Source of the DNA: Xanthobacteraceae bacterium
GTDB lineage: Bacteria > Pseudomonadota > Alphaproteobacteria > Rhizobiales > Xanthobacteraceae
Assembly: GCA_036395835.1 (NCBI GenBank)
Contig: DASWCW010000273.1
Location: 2,571-66,570, forward strand
Direction of reading: 5' to 3'
DNA length: 64,000 bases
Part shown: positions 27,583 to 38,538 of the stretch, piece by piece
Position numbering within the stretch: position 1 is the stretch's first letter
Layout of the letters: each line of letters begins with the position of its first letter
Program-made: the position numbers and the translations under genes
The notes under the pieces: model-generated
Database searches by the model: none
Told to the model about the DNA's origin: nothing
What the model saw: the letters and a program-made list of their open reading frames with translations, nothing else

Positions 27583-29736
27583 CTAGCCGTCCGGAACGAG
27601 GAACAATCCCGCCAATGGCGGCACGACCAGATTCAATTCCGGACCCGAGCCTTTGTCGCTTGCCGTGATCGATCCGGCGTTCCCGACGTTGCTGCCGCCA
27701 TAGATCGCAGCATCGCTGTTGAGGATTTCACGCCAGCGTCCGCTCCTGGGGACCCTGAGGCGGTAATCGTAGCGGACCTGCGGGGTGAAATTGACGACGA
27801 CGACGCAAGGTGCGCGGCCGTCGCGCGCCTTGCGCTGCCAGGCGAACGTGCTGCGGTCGGTGTCATCCGAGACGATCCATTCGAACCCCGCCGCCTCGCA
27901 ATCGAGCTCGTGCAGGGCGGGCACCGAGCGGTAGAGGCGATTGAGATCGCGCACCAGCGCCTGGATGCCGCCGTGGCGCGGCTGCGCCAGCAGATGCCAG
28001 TCGAGGCTGCGCTCGTGGCTCCATTCCTGCTCCTGCGCGAACTCGCCGCCCATGAACAGCAATTTCTTGCCAGGATGGCCATACAAGAAGGTGTAATAGG
28101 CGCGCATGTTGGCGAATCGCTGCCACTCGTCGCCCGGCATCCTGCCGAGGATCGAGCGCTTGCCGTGCACGACCTCGTCGTGGGAGAGCGGCAGAACGAA
28201 ATTCTCGAAGAAGGCGTAATGCAGGCCGAATACGACGTCGCCGTGGTGATGCTTGCGATAGACCGGATCCTTGCTGATGTAATTGAGGGTGTCGTGCATC
28301 CATCCCATGTTCCATTTGTAGCCGAAGCCGAGGCCGCCCCAGTCGACCGGGCGCGATACCATGGGCCATGCAGTGGATTCCTCGGCGATGGTGGTTGCGT
28401 GCGGATGCTGGAGGAATACTTCGGTGTTGCACCGACGCATGAAATCGATCGCTTCGAGGTTCTCGCGGCCGCCGAAGCGGTTCGGGATCCAGCCGCCGGG
28501 AGGACGGCTGTAATCGAGGTAGAGCATGGATGCGACGGCATCGACCCGCAGCGCATCGATGCGGTAGCGCTCGAGCCAGAACAGCGCGTTCGCCAGCAGG
28601 AAATTCGCGACTTCGACCCGGCCGAAATTGTAGACCAGCGTATTCCAATCGAGATGGCGCCCCTGCATCGGATCGGCGTGCTCGTAGAGCGCCGTGCCGT
28701 CGAACTGCGCCAGCGCGTGCGGATCATCGGGGAAATGTCCCGGAACCCAATCGAGCACCACGGCAAGCCCGGCGTCGTGGCAGGCATCGACGAGGTGCAG
28801 GAAATCGTCGGGGCCGCCGTAGCGGCTCGTCGGCGCGTAGATGCCGGTCGGCTGATAGCCCCAGGATCCGTCGAACGGGTGCTCCATCACCGGCAGGAAC
28901 TCGACGTGGGTGAAGCCGAGATCGCGCACATAGGCCGGCAGTTCCTCGGCGAGTTCCCGGTAGGTCAGCCAGCGGTTGCCCTGCTCGGGCCGGCGGCGCC
29001 AGGAGCCGAGGTGGACCTCGTAGATCGCGATCGGGGCACTCAGCGCATTGGCGCCGGTCGGGGAGGGATGCGGCTCGAGCCGCTCTACGTCGAACACGAC
29101 CGAGGCGGTCGAGGGGCGCAGCTCGGCCGCGAACGCGAACGGATCGGCTTTGAGCGGCAGCAGCGAGCCGGTGGCCGCGAGGATCTCGAACTTGTACTTG
29201 TCTCCGGTCCGCGCGCCGGGAACGAAGATTTCCCAGAACCCGTTGCCGCGTACGCGCATGGCATGCCGGCGGCCGTCCCAAAAATTGAAATCGCCGATGA
29301 CGCTGACCCGGCGCGCATTCGGCGCGAACACCGCGAATCCGACGCCGTCGACGCCTTCGAGCGAAAGCGGGTGAGCGCCGAGCTTTTCATACGCCCGTAG
29401 ATGCCTGCCCTCGCCGAGCAGATGCAGATCGAAATCGGAAAGGATCGGGGGAAACCGGTAGGCGTCCTCGAACTCGACGGGATGCTCCCCGAACCGCGCG
29501 CGCAGGCGATACGGCCGATCGACCGCTTCGACCCGGCCTGCGAACAGTCCGGCCGGATGAATTCGCGCCAATGGGTGCTCCTCGCCCCCGCTCTCGACGA
29601 CCGACACCTGCCGTGCATCCGGCAGATAGGCACGCACGATCGGCACGCCGTCGTCGAGATGCGGACCGAGATAAGCGAACGGATCGGCGTGGCGGCCTTC
29701 GATCAGCGCGATGGCCTCGGCGGGGAGCTGGGTCAT
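27583..29736 (-). CDS. glgB: 1,4-alpha-glucan branching enzyme
   Basis: Start [26 protein letters not shown] at 29736 forms an ATGA overlap with the treS stop. GH13 motifs [25 protein letters not shown] and [14 protein letters not shown]. Confidence 0.94.
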   Translation of the reverse strand: MTQLPAEAIALIEGRHADPFAYLGPHLDDGVPIVRAYLPDARQVSVVESGGEEHPLARIHPAGLFAGRVEAVDRPYRLRARFGEHPVEFEDAYRFPPILSDFDLHLLGEGRHLRAYEKLGAHPLSLEGVDGVGFAVFAPNARRVSVIGDFNFWDGRRHAMRVRGNGFWEIFVPGARTGDKYKFEILAATGSLLPLKADPFAFAAELRPSTASVVFDVERLEPHPSPTGANALSAPIAIYEVHLGSWRRRPEQGNRWLTYRELAEELPAYVRDLGFTHVEFLPVMEHPFDGSWGYQPTGIYAPTSRYGGPDDFLHLVDACHDAGLAVVLDWVPGHFPDDPHALAQFDGTALYEHADPMQGRHLDWNTLVYNFGRVEVANFLLANALFWLERYRIDALRVDAVASMLYLDYSRPPGGWIPNRFGGRENLEAIDFMRRCNTEVFLQHPHATTIAEESTAWPMVSRPVDWGGLGFGYKWNMGWMHDTLNYISKDPVYRKHHHGDVVFGLHYAFFENFVLPLSHDEVVHGKRSILGRMPGDEWQRFANMRAYYTFLYGHPGKKLLFMGGEFAQEQEWSHERSLDWHLLAQPRHGGIQALVRDLNRLYRSVPALHELDCEAAGFEWIVSDDTDRSTFAWQRKARDGRAPCVVVVNFTPQVRYDYRLRVPRSGRWREILNSDAAIYGGSNVGNAGSITASDKGSGPELNLVVPPLAGLFLVPDG

Positions 29737-32700
29737 GGCAGCTTCGGTCCGGAAGGGGGCGGGAACAGGATGCGCGAGGCGGCCGCCAACGGCACACGGA
29801 CCCAATCGGGACGATTCGTCAGCTCGTAGCCGATTTCATAGACTAGCTTTTCCAGCTTGAAGAACTCGAGCAGGCGTTCCGCGGTGGTCTCCTGCTCCGG
29901 CCACAGCGCGGCAACGCCGGTGACACCGCGGTAGGCGGCCAGGAACGCCTCGGTCGAGCGCTCGCGCCAATGGTCGAGCGCGCGTTCGAGCCTCGCGTAG
30001 TCCTCCGCCGAGATCGGAATGACCCGACCGAGCGCCGCCGTGGTGGCGTAATCGATCGAGCGGATCAGGCCGGCGATATCGCGTGCGGCCGGCATCTTGC
30101 GCCGGCGCTCCTGCACGCTGCGGCGCGGCTCGCCCTCGAAATCGAGCACGAATACGTCGTCCTTCACGATCAGGATTTGTCCCAGATGAAAGTCGCCGTG
30201 GTGGCGGGCCTTCGGTGCGTCCACGGTTTGCGGCAGCAGGCCGCGAATGCGTGCGAGTGCCTCGGACCGATGCTCGAGCAAGGCCTCGGCCGCAATGCGC
30301 GCCTGCTCCGGCAGATCCGAACGACGGCTCGCCAGCAGCTCGAACTGGCGCTCCGCCTCGCGCGCCAACGCCTCGGTCCAGGCCTGCAGGTCTTCGGCAC
30401 CGATCGGCTCCGGAGCAAACTCCGGTTCCGCCCCGCTCGCCAGGGCCAGCTGCAGTTCCGCGGTCCGCTTTCCGATCTGCTGCATGCGCGGCAGATAGGC
30501 GGCGTGCTCCGGGCTCTCGGTCGCGCTCTCGGACACCAGCACCTTTTGCTCGTCGAGAAACCGGTCGAGATAGGCTGCGGTCAGCGACCAGGCGTCACCC
30601 TGGTTTTCGACGAACTGATGAACGATGCCGATCGGAATCGTCGCCCCGTCCTCGACGAGCTCGATCGATCCGAGCAGCGCCGGCGCGTGCTGATATCCGG
30701 CGGTTTCCGTCAGGAAGCGTCCGATCTCGATCTCGGAATTGGTGCCCCGCTCGAGACGCCGATAGAGCTTCAAGACGAAAGCGGAATCCGCGATGACGGT
30801 CGTATTGGACTGTTCGGCCCCGACGGCATGCGTGGCTTCGATGGCGGGCAGCGACGCGAGCGCAAACGTCCGCGTCGGGCGAAACTCGAGCCGCCGGCCG
30901 GCGCGGTCGAGCCTTGCCCCGGCATGCAGCTCGGCTAGCACCCAGGAGACGAAATCGCGGTCGGTGCTGGCGTCGATGAGCACGCCTTCGCGAGCGCCGC
31001 GCCGGACCGGGCCCAGCATGTGTCGTTGCAGCTGGCCGGCGCGGTCCAGGCGGGTCCATTTGATCGTCAAGGGAAGGGCATAGCGCGACGTTCTGCTCGC
31101 CGTGGAGACTTCGATGATGCCGAAAGCAAATCCGGGATCGCCTTCTGCCAGCGGAAGGATGGTCCTAAGCTTGGCATCGAATCGCTCTCCCTTGTCCGCG
31201 AACCATCGGTTTGCCGCCAGGAACGCGGGGAGCGCCTCGCGTTCGAAGACCTGATGGGAGCGGCCTTCGATCAGCGAGCGCCAGCTGTGGCTGAACACGA
31301 GCGTCACCAGCTCGGGGATGATCGAGGGCCCCTCGACGGTGCCGGCATCTTCGGCGAGCAGGAACCAGAAGAATCCGTACGGGGCGAGCGTGATCAGGTA
31401 GGGAGCCTCGGAAATTCGCGGAAACCGCGTGCGACCGAGCATTTCCACCGGCACGAAGCCTCGCCATGCGGAAAGGTCGATTTCCGCCGACTGTGCGGAG
31501 CGCGACAGGTTGGCGACGCACAGCACGACCTCGTGCTCGTATTGACGCAGATAGACCAGCACCGCGCGATTGGCCGGGCGCAAAAACGTCAAATTGCCGC
31601 GACCGAACACCGGGCTCGACCGGCGGACCGCGATCAGCCGCTTCATCCAGCTCAGCAGCGAGGATAGGCTGCGCGATTGCGCCTCGACGTTGACCGCCTG
31701 ATAGCCGTACACGGGATCCATGATCATCGGCAGGAACAGCTTCGCGGGATCGCAACGCGAGAACCCGCCGTTGCGGTCCGGGGTCCACTGCATCGGCGTG
31801 CGCACGCCGTTGCGGTCGCCCAGATAGATGTTGTCGCCCATGCCGATCTCGTCGCCGTAATAGATGATCGGGGTGCCGGGAAACGACAGCAGCAGCGAGT
31901 TCATCAATTCGATCTTGCGCCGGTCGTTGTCCATCAGCGGCGCGAGCCGGCGGCGGATGCCGAGATTGAGCCGCGCACGCGGGTCGGACGCGTAGGTCGA
32001 CCACAGGTAATCCCGTTCGACGTCGGTCACCATTTCGAGCGTGAGCTCGTCGTGGTTGCGCAGGAACAGCGCCCATTGGCAGTTGCCGGGGATGTCGGGC
32101 GTCTGCCGCAGGATATCGGTGATCGGGTGCCGGTCCTCCTGGGCGATGCCCATGTAGATGCGCGGCATCAGCGGGAAATGATAGGCCATCTGGCATTCGT
32201 CGCCGTCGCCGAAATACGCGCTGACGTCCTCGGGCCATTGATTGGCCTCCGCGAGCAGCACGCGCCCGGCCGCGTGGGCGTCGAGCTCCGCGCGGATCTG
32301 CTTGATGACGGCGTGGGTCTCCGGCAGGTTCTCGTTGTTGGTGCCTTCGCGCTCGCACAGGTAGGGAATGGCGTCGAGCCGGAACCCGTCGACTCCCATG
32401 TCGAGCCAGCGCCGCATGACCTGCACCATCGCCCACAGCACGCGGGGATTGTCGTAATTGAGATCGGGCTGGTGGCTGAAGAACCGGTGCCAATAATACG
32501 CGCCGGCGGCGGAATCCCAGGCCCAGTTCGACTTCTCGGTATCGTTGAAGATGATGCGCGTGTCGAGGTAGCGCTGGTCGGTGTCGCTCCAGACGTACCA
32601 ATTGCGCGCATCGGTGTGAGACCGGCTGCGACGGGCGCGCTTGAACCACGGATGCTGATCCGATGTGTGATTGATGACGAGCTCGATGATGACTCGCAGG

Positions 32701-33014
32701 CCGCGGCGCTTGGCTTCCACCATGAACCGGCGGAAGTCGCGCATGGTGCCGAAATCGGGATTGATGCGGCGATAGTCGGCGATGTCGTAGCCGTCGTCGC
32801 GGCCGGGGCTCGGATAGAACGGTTGCAACCACAGCGTGGTGACGCCGAGCTCCTGCACGTAATCCAGGCGATCGGTCAGGCCGGCGAAATCGCCGATGCC
32901 GTCATGATTGCTGTCGGCGAACGCCTTGACGTGCAGCTGATAGAGGATTGCGTCCTTGTACCAGAGCGCGTCCCCGGTCTCGGTCGTCGTTCTCGCACTC
33001 GACTGCACGTCCAC
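29733..33014 (-). CDS. treS: trehalose synthase fused to maltokinase (TreS-Pep2/Mak)
   Basis: 1093 aa. The N-terminal half is GH13 TreS ([37 protein letters not shown]). The C-terminal half is kinase-like with [12 protein letters not shown]...DFEGEP. GTG start at 33014 is preceded by AGGGGA. Confidence 0.92.
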   Translation of the reverse strand: MDVQSSARTTTETGDALWYKDAILYQLHVKAFADSNHDGIGDFAGLTDRLDYVQELGVTTLWLQPFYPSPGRDDGYDIADYRRINPDFGTMRDFRRFMVEAKRRGLRVIIELVINHTSDQHPWFKRARRSRSHTDARNWYVWSDTDQRYLDTRIIFNDTEKSNWAWDSAAGAYYWHRFFSHQPDLNYDNPRVLWAMVQVMRRWLDMGVDGFRLDAIPYLCEREGTNNENLPETHAVIKQIRAELDAHAAGRVLLAEANQWPEDVSAYFGDGDECQMAYHFPLMPRIYMGIAQEDRHPITDILRQTPDIPGNCQWALFLRNHDELTLEMVTDVERDYLWSTYASDPRARLNLGIRRRLAPLMDNDRRKIELMNSLLLSFPGTPIIYYGDEIGMGDNIYLGDRNGVRTPMQWTPDRNGGFSRCDPAKLFLPMIMDPVYGYQAVNVEAQSRSLSSLLSWMKRLIAVRRSSPVFGRGNLTFLRPANRAVLVYLRQYEHEVVLCVANLSRSAQSAEIDLSAWRGFVPVEMLGRTRFPRISEAPYLITLAPYGFFWFLLAEDAGTVEGPSIIPELVTLVFSHSWRSLIEGRSHQVFEREALPAFLAANRWFADKGERFDAKLRTILPLAEGDPGFAFGIIEVSTASRTSRYALPLTIKWTRLDRAGQLQRHMLGPVRRGAREGVLIDASTDRDFVSWVLAELHAGARLDRAGRRLEFRPTRTFALASLPAIEATHAVGAEQSNTTVIADSAFVLKLYRRLERGTNSEIEIGRFLTETAGYQHAPALLGSIELVEDGATIPIGIVHQFVENQGDAWSLTAAYLDRFLDEQKVLVSESATESPEHAAYLPRMQQIGKRTAELQLALASGAEPEFAPEPIGAEDLQAWTEALAREAERQFELLASRRSDLPEQARIAAEALLEHRSEALARIRGLLPQTVDAPKARHHGDFHLGQILIVKDDVFVLDFEGEPRRSVQERRRKMPAARDIAGLIRSIDYATTAALGRVIPISAEDYARLERALDHWRERSTEAFLAAYRGVTGVAALWPEQETTAERLLEFFKLEKLVYEIGYELTNRPDWVRVPLAAASRILFPPPSGPKLP

Positions 33015-33027
33015 GGCGATCCCCTAC

Positions 33028-35010
33028 TCAGGCCAAACAGCGAAACAGCAGGGCGGGATCTTCGGTCGGATTGATGTTGAGCCGCACGCCGCCCCACGCG
33101 ATCGCGTGCCGCTCGCCGGTCACCAGGTTCTCCACGCCCGCGACCTTGGTTCGCCCACCTTCGGGTCCGATCTCGATATCCCCGAAATGGAACCAGAATT
33201 CCCGCGGGCGCGCGCCGCTCAGCGCGATCGCGACCGCGACCGCATTGTCGTGCGCTGCCGATTCCTTGACGAATCCGATGACCTGATCGTCGTCGACCGC
33301 GGCGAAACGTAAATTGCTGGTCTGCAGTAGCGCCGGGTTGGCGCGGCGCAGCCGATTGAGCCGTCCGATGTAGTCCTTGATATTGCCGGGCCGGTCCCAG
33401 TCCCGAACCTTGAGCTCGTATTTTTCCGAATGCAAATATTCCTCGCGGCCGGGGATCGGCGTGTGCTCGATGAGCTCGAACCCGCTGTAGACACCGTAGC
33501 TCGCCGACAAGGTCGCCGCCAGCGCGACGCGCGATTTGAAAATGGCGTGATCGCCGGACTGCAGGTGCAACGGGAGAATGTCGGGAGTATTGACGAAAAA
33601 ATTCGGCCGGAAATATTCCCGGACCGGGTAGGCGGTGAGCTCGCTGACGTAGGACTGCAGTTCCCATTTCGTCGTTCGCCAGGTGAAATACGTGTAGGAT
33701 TGCGAGAATCCCAGCTTGGCGAGAGCCCTCATCACTTTCGGCCGGGTGAACGCCTCTGACAGGAAGATCACGCCCCGATGCCGCGTTTGCACTTCGCGGA
33801 TCATCCACTCCCAGAATGCGAACGGTTTGGTGTGAGGATTGTCCACGCGGAAGATGCGCACGCCCTGATCGACCCAGAACAGCACGATATCGCGCAGGGC
33901 GTTCCAGAGCCCGGCGCGGTCGGCGCAGTAGAAATCCGGGTTGACGATGTCCTGATATTTTTTCGGCGGGTTTTCCGCATGACGGACCGAGCCATCGGGT
34001 CGATAGCGGAACCAGTCCGGATGCTGGACCAGCCAGGGGTGATCCGGCGAGAATTGGATGGCGAAATCGAGCGCGACCTCCATGCCGAGGCGGCGGCATT
34101 CTGTGACGAGCCGGCGAAAGTCGTCGAGCGTGCCGAGCTCGGGATGAATGGCGTCGTGGCCGCCTTCCCGCGCGCCGATCGCATAGGGGCTGCCCGGGTC
34201 GCCGGGGCCCGCCGCGAGCGCGTTGTTGATGCCCTTGCGGTGGGTACGGCCGATGGGGTGAATCGGCGGGAAATACAGGACGTCGAATCCAAACGCGGCA
34301 AGCTCGGGCAGGCGCGCGATGCAATCGTCGAACGTTCCATGCCGGCCCGCAATGCGGGACTGGCTGCGTGGGAACATCTCGTACCAGGCGCCGCCGCGCG
34401 CGAGCGGCGGATCGATGACCAGCGGAAACCCCGAGCTGCGGGTCAGGTCCGGGCGGGGTTGATGCTCGGCCATGACCTCGCGCAGCTCTTCCGACAACAG
34501 CACTTCGGCGTCGCCGGTTCGGTCGAACTCGGCGCGCGCCGCTTCGATGATCGCGCGCGCGCGCTTGTCCCGCGGTCCGACGTCGGCGAGCAATTCCCGG
34601 CCTTCCTTGCCTTCCAAATCGACCTTTTGCCCGGCTTCGCGCTTCAGCAAAAAGTCGCGCCGCCAGCTGGCGAACGTATCGGTCCAGGCTTCGATCGCAT
34701 AAACATAGCGGGCCGGCTCGTCGGGAACGAAGCGTGCGGTCCAGCGATCATTTTCGTGAAGGCGCATGGGCGCTCGGTGCCAGCTCTTCTCGCCGTCGCG
34801 GCGCCAGATGAGCGCCGCCGCGATCACGTCGTGACCGTCGCGAAAAATATCGGCCCACACATCGATCGGCTCGGCTTGCACCCGCTTCACCGGATAGCGG
34901 CCTTGCTCGATGCTCGGGTATACGTCCTCGATCAGGAAGCGGGCACGCGCGAATTCGCGCGTCGAAGCCGTAACTGAGGAGATCGGCGGGAAGGCGGGCT
35001 GAATGGTCAT
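33028..35010 (-). CDS. glgE: alpha-1,4-glucan:maltose-1-phosphate maltosyltransferase
   Basis: MTIQPAFPP...RFLIEDVYPSIEQGRYPVKRV...YAIEAWTD is the GlgE N-domain pattern. GH13 core FRVDNPHTKPF. Start taken at the ATG at 35010. Confidence 0.92.
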   Translation of the reverse strand: MTIQPAFPPISSVTASTREFARARFLIEDVYPSIEQGRYPVKRVQAEPIDVWADIFRDGHDVIAAALIWRRDGEKSWHRAPMRLHENDRWTARFVPDEPARYVYAIEAWTDTFASWRRDFLLKREAGQKVDLEGKEGRELLADVGPRDKRARAIIEAARAEFDRTGDAEVLLSEELREVMAEHQPRPDLTRSSGFPLVIDPPLARGGAWYEMFPRSQSRIAGRHGTFDDCIARLPELAAFGFDVLYFPPIHPIGRTHRKGINNALAAGPGDPGSPYAIGAREGGHDAIHPELGTLDDFRRLVTECRRLGMEVALDFAIQFSPDHPWLVQHPDWFRYRPDGSVRHAENPPKKYQDIVNPDFYCADRAGLWNALRDIVLFWVDQGVRIFRVDNPHTKPFAFWEWMIREVQTRHRGVIFLSEAFTRPKVMRALAKLGFSQSYTYFTWRTTKWELQSYVSELTAYPVREYFRPNFFVNTPDILPLHLQSGDHAIFKSRVALAATLSASYGVYSGFELIEHTPIPGREEYLHSEKYELKVRDWDRPGNIKDYIGRLNRLRRANPALLQTSNLRFAAVDDDQVIGFVKESAAHDNAVAVAIALSGARPREFWFHFGDIEIGPEGGRTKVAGVENLVTGERHAIAWGGVRLNINPTEDPALLFRCLA

Positions 35011-35051
35011 GACTTGGTCTGGGGTAGCCGGATGGCGGCCCAGTAACGACC

Positions 35052-35077
35052 AACGACGGGGGGCGACCTTGGGTTCC
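35052..35077 (-). promoter_or_regulatory. EcfG/general-stress-type promoter motif GGAAC-N17-CGTT upstream of glgE-treS-glgB
   Basis: The plus strand reads AACG 35052-35055, 17 nt, GTTCC 35073-35077. It lies 42 nt upstream of the glgE ATG. Confidence 0.6.
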
Positions 35078-35250
35078 GGACCGACGCGGGTGAGAACCCG
35101 CAAGCCTCTGATTTCGTTGTCATTCGCCAATCTGCGCCGGATCGGGCAAGAGCACAATATCGACGCGGCCTCGGCCCCGTGGCAAGCCCCGGTTTGTCGT
35201 GCGCCATGCCCCGGTTCGCGCGCCCCGCTCTGTCCCTGTGAGCTGGCCCA

Positions 35251-37257
35251 ATGGATGCGTTAGCCAAACTCGCGGCCGAATGGGGCATCGAACCGGGCTA
35301 TATCGATGGGCAGGGGCTTTCGCGCACCGTCGATCGAGACACGCTACGCCGGATCGTCGAGATCGTTTCCCGCGGCCAGAACCCGCCGAAGCGTCGCAGG
35401 CTGTCGCCGATCATCGGGATCCGGCGCGGCCACGGCGCTGCGCCTGCGCTTTCCGACACCCCGCCGTCCACCTCGGTCGATTGGACCTTGGTTTCGGGCG
35501 ACACCACGATCGCGCGCGGCACTGCCACATCCGGAGCTTGGCACTTGCCCGGCGATCTTCCGCTCGGAACATTCCGGCTCGACGTCAGGCTGAGTTCCAG
35601 TGCCGGGCAGGCAAGCGAGCACGCGAGGGTCCTGGTCGCGCCGGAACGCGCCTATGGGGGCGAAGACTTTGCCGATGGCCGCCGGATTTGGGCGCTCGCT
35701 GTCCAACTGTATGGGGTCCGCTCGCGTCGCAATTGGGGGCATGGCGACTTCACGGATCTGCTGAGCTTGCTCGAGCTGTCGGCCGGACTCGGCGCCGCCG
35801 GAATCGGTATCAATCCATTGCATGCGCTGTTTCCCGACATGCCCGAGCGGGCAAGCCCATATGCGCCCAATAGCCGGCTCTTTCTCAATCCGCTCTACAT
35901 CGACCTCGAGGCCGTGCCGGAATTTCCCGGGCTGGATGCAGCCGGCCTGACGCAGGAAGCCGCTCGTCTGCGGGGCGCGGCGATGGTGGATTATTCCGGC
36001 GTCGCCGCGGCAAAACTTGCAGGACTGCGTCTGGCGTTTCACGAGTTTCGCGATCGAGGTTCGGCGCAGCGTCTCGAAGATTTCGAAGCATTCCGGCGCG
36101 AGCAGGGCCCCACACTCACGCTGTTTGCGAGCTTCGAGGTCTTGCGGCGAAGGTTTGGAGGCAGTTGGACGGATTGGCCGTCACCCTGGCGGCGACCCGA
36201 CGCAGGCGCCCTCGACGCACTGCGCCGATCCGCCGGTGAAGAGATCGAGTTCCACGAGTTCGTCCAGTGGCTGGCCGACCGGCAACTGCGTGCTTGTCGG
36301 GACAAGGCGCGGAGCCTGGATATGCCGCTCGGGCTTTATCTCGATGTTGCGGTAGGCGTCGATCCGGATGGCGCGGATGCGTGGAGCGAGCAATCCACGA
36401 TGCTGGCCGATGGTTCGATCGGAGCCCCTCCGGATCTGCTCAACACCGCGGGCCAGAACTGGGGCCTCGTCGCATTCAATCCGAGGGCGCTCGAGCAGCA
36501 CGGATTCGAGGCGTTCCGCGGGATGCTGCGAGCCGCAATGCGCTATGCCGGCGCGATCCGCTTGGATCACGTGCTCGGCCTCAACCGTCTCTATCTGATC
36601 CCCAACGGCGCGCGGGGCGGGGGATATGTCCGCTTTCCATTGGAGGCCATGCTGGCGGTGGTCGCCCAGGAGAGCGTGGCGCACCGTTGCGTGATTATCG
36701 GCGAGGACCTCGGCACCGTGCCGGAGACTCTGCGCGAAACGCTCGCCGATTGGGGCGTGTGGGCCTACCGGGTGATGTTGTTCGAGCGGGCCGAGGATGG
36801 CTCGTTTCAGCCGCCGCCGCATTATGCCGAGAGCGCGCTGGTCACCTTCAGCACCCACGATCTTGCGACTTTCGCGGGCTGGTCGACGGGCCGTGATTTG
36901 CAGGAAAAACGCGCGCTCGGCATCGATCCCGGCGAGACCGACGTGGATCGGGCGGCGGCCCACGCTGCGCTGCGCACGGCGCTGGGGCGCCGGCGTGGCA
37001 AGGAGCGGACCCGGTTGGGCTTCCTGCCGGTGGCCTGCTATCTCGCCGCCACGCCCAGTCGGATTCTGCTCATTTCGATCGAGGACGCGCTCGGGGTTCA
37101 GGATCAGCCCAATGTTCCGGGGACGATCGACGCGCATCCGAACTGGCGCCGCCGGCTCCCGATCGTATTGGAGAACTTGCACCGTCATCCGCGCATGCGC
37201 GCCTTGGCACGGGTACTGCGCGGAGCCGGTCGAAGCGTTGGCGAAGGCCGACACTAG
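35251..37257 (+). CDS. malQ: 4-alpha-glucanotransferase (amylomaltase)
   Basis: 668 aa. MDALAKLAAEWGIEPGYID..., GH77 motifs INPLHALFP...SPYAPNSRLFLNPLYID and IRLDHVLGL. Confidence 0.92.
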   Translation: MDALAKLAAEWGIEPGYIDGQGLSRTVDRDTLRRIVEIVSRGQNPPKRRRLSPIIGIRRGHGAAPALSDTPPSTSVDWTLVSGDTTIARGTATSGAWHLPGDLPLGTFRLDVRLSSSAGQASEHARVLVAPERAYGGEDFADGRRIWALAVQLYGVRSRRNWGHGDFTDLLSLLELSAGLGAAGIGINPLHALFPDMPERASPYAPNSRLFLNPLYIDLEAVPEFPGLDAAGLTQEAARLRGAAMVDYSGVAAAKLAGLRLAFHEFRDRGSAQRLEDFEAFRREQGPTLTLFASFEVLRRRFGGSWTDWPSPWRRPDAGALDALRRSAGEEIEFHEFVQWLADRQLRACRDKARSLDMPLGLYLDVAVGVDPDGADAWSEQSTMLADGSIGAPPDLLNTAGQNWGLVAFNPRALEQHGFEAFRGMLRAAMRYAGAIRLDHVLGLNRLYLIPNGARGGGYVRFPLEAMLAVVAQESVAHRCVIIGEDLGTVPETLRETLADWGVWAYRVMLFERAEDGSFQPPPHYAESALVTFSTHDLATFAGWSTGRDLQEKRALGIDPGETDVDRAAAHAALRTALGRRRGKERTRLGFLPVACYLAATPSRILLISIEDALGVQDQPNVPGTIDAHPNWRRRLPIVLENLHRHPRMRALARVLRGAGRSVGEGRH

Positions 37258-37289
37258 CCGCCGCCCACGTCCGCCGCACAAAAGCTGAC

Positions 37290-37308
37290 GGCCACCGCAG
37301 GGGTGGCC
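37290..37308. terminator. GC-rich hairpin between convergent genes (possible bidirectional terminator)
   Basis: GGCCACC-gcagg-GGTGGCC is a perfect 7-bp stem. On the minus strand a CTTTTG tract follows 6 nt later. Confidence 0.35.
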
Positions 37309-37338
37309 GCCAACTCATTGACTGGGCATCAGGTTGAT

Positions 37339-37806
37339 CTAATAACCCCAATATGGGTAGTCACAGACCCACACCCGCTGCCAGCCCCAGTTGGTCGGGA
37401 CCCAGCGCCAGCACGAGTCATAGCCGTACGCGCCGGCGAACCCAACGCCGAAGAAGAAGGCGTTGCGGTGATGAAACCTATGGTGGTGGCGGATCGAGCT
37501 GGTCGTAAAGGTTGTATTCGGGCTGAACCTATTCGGGCCGGTCGAAAAGTTCGTGCGATTGGTCGTAACGGTACGCCCGACCGGCCCTGCACCCTGCACC
37601 ATGGGCCCACTACTGCGCACTGCGCCCATACCGACGCCGCCGCCTCCACCGCCCCCACTGCTCACATGCGCACCGGCCATACCGCTACCGCCCCCACTAC
37701 TGTGCCCATGCCCCTGCGCGGCCATGGCGGTCGAACTCACGCCCAGTGCCGCCACGGCCGATAATGCGACGAGTGTTTTGCGCAACATTGCTTTCCTCCT
37801 CTTCAT
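37339..37806 (-). CDS. secreted Gly/His-rich hypothetical protein with aromatic/Cys C-terminal module
   Basis: 155 aa. Signal peptide MLRKTLVALSAVAALGVSSTAMA, then GHGHSSGGGSG...GGGGGGG, HHHRFHHR, and the C-terminus YGYDSCWRWVPTNWGWQRVWVCDYPYWGY. Confidence 0.55.
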   Translation of the reverse strand: MKRRKAMLRKTLVALSAVAALGVSSTAMAAQGHGHSSGGGSGMAGAHVSSGGGGGGGVGMGAVRSSGPMVQGAGPVGRTVTTNRTNFSTGPNRFSPNTTFTTSSIRHHHRFHHRNAFFFGVGFAGAYGYDSCWRWVPTNWGWQRVWVCDYPYWGY

Positions 37807-38095
37807 TGTGCGACGTCACAACTGCCGTCGGACTGTAACGCCGAAGGACGCGAAAAAGTGCCGGCTCACAGCATCAAATATCTGGGAGTGCAGGGTTTTT
37901 GCCGCGGTAACCTGAACAGATGTTCATCGTGGGCGGCGATGCGAGTGGCTCGTGCAGTTGCGCTCTTCGAAGGCTCACGGCCGATCCAACGCGTCTGCAG
38001 ACGGCAACGACATTGCGCATGAACTGATGTTCTATTTGGCCTGGTCACCCTCACCAACTTGGGGGCGCGAGCGAGATTCGCGACCATTCGACCGA

Positions 38096-38120
38096 GGAAC
38101 TTTTGCGGGCTCGGAGCGTT
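38096..38120 (+). promoter_or_regulatory. EcfG/general-stress-type promoter motif GGAAC-N16-CGTT
   Basis: GGAAC 38096-38100, 16-nt spacer, CGTT 38117-38120. It lies 34 nt upstream of the ATG at 38154. Confidence 0.65.
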
Positions 38121-38153
38121 CTCGGCGCGAGATGTTTCGGGAGGAGCTTTTTC

Positions 38154-38528
38154 ATGGCAAATCAGGGACGTTCCGTCGCCGACAAGGAATTCGACAAGAC
38201 CGCGGGAACGATCGATGACATTCAGCGCGACCTGCAGGCGGTGCGAGACGACATGTCTCGGCTCGCGCAACAGGTGGCAAGTCTGCTCGGCGTGACCGGC
38301 AGTCAGGCCCTTCGCGAGGTCAAGGCGCAAATGAGTCGGGCGAAAGAGAGCCTCGACGGAGTGCTCTCCGATGCAAGCGGGAAGGGCATGGAGGCCATGG
38401 AGACGGCGCGGGAAAGCACCGATACCATGGTCGAAGCGCTCGAAGACGCGGTCCGGCAGCGCCCGTTCGCAACGCTGGCGATCGCCATCGGCTTGGGATT
38501 CCTGTTCGGCGCAAGCTGGCGGCGCTAG
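38154..38528 (+). CDS. DUF883 (ElaB/YqjD-like) membrane-anchored stress protein
   Basis: The ATG at 38154 follows GGGAGGAG. MANQGRSVADKEF...DDIQRDLQAVRDDMSRLAQQV... is coiled-coil. The C-terminal anchor is RPFATLAIAIGLGFLFGASWRR, as in DUF883. Confidence 0.85.
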   Translation: MANQGRSVADKEFDKTAGTIDDIQRDLQAVRDDMSRLAQQVASLLGVTGSQALREVKAQMSRAKESLDGVLSDASGKGMEAMETARESTDTMVEALEDAVRQRPFATLAIAIGLGFLFGASWRR

Positions 38529-38538
38529 GAGGACAACG

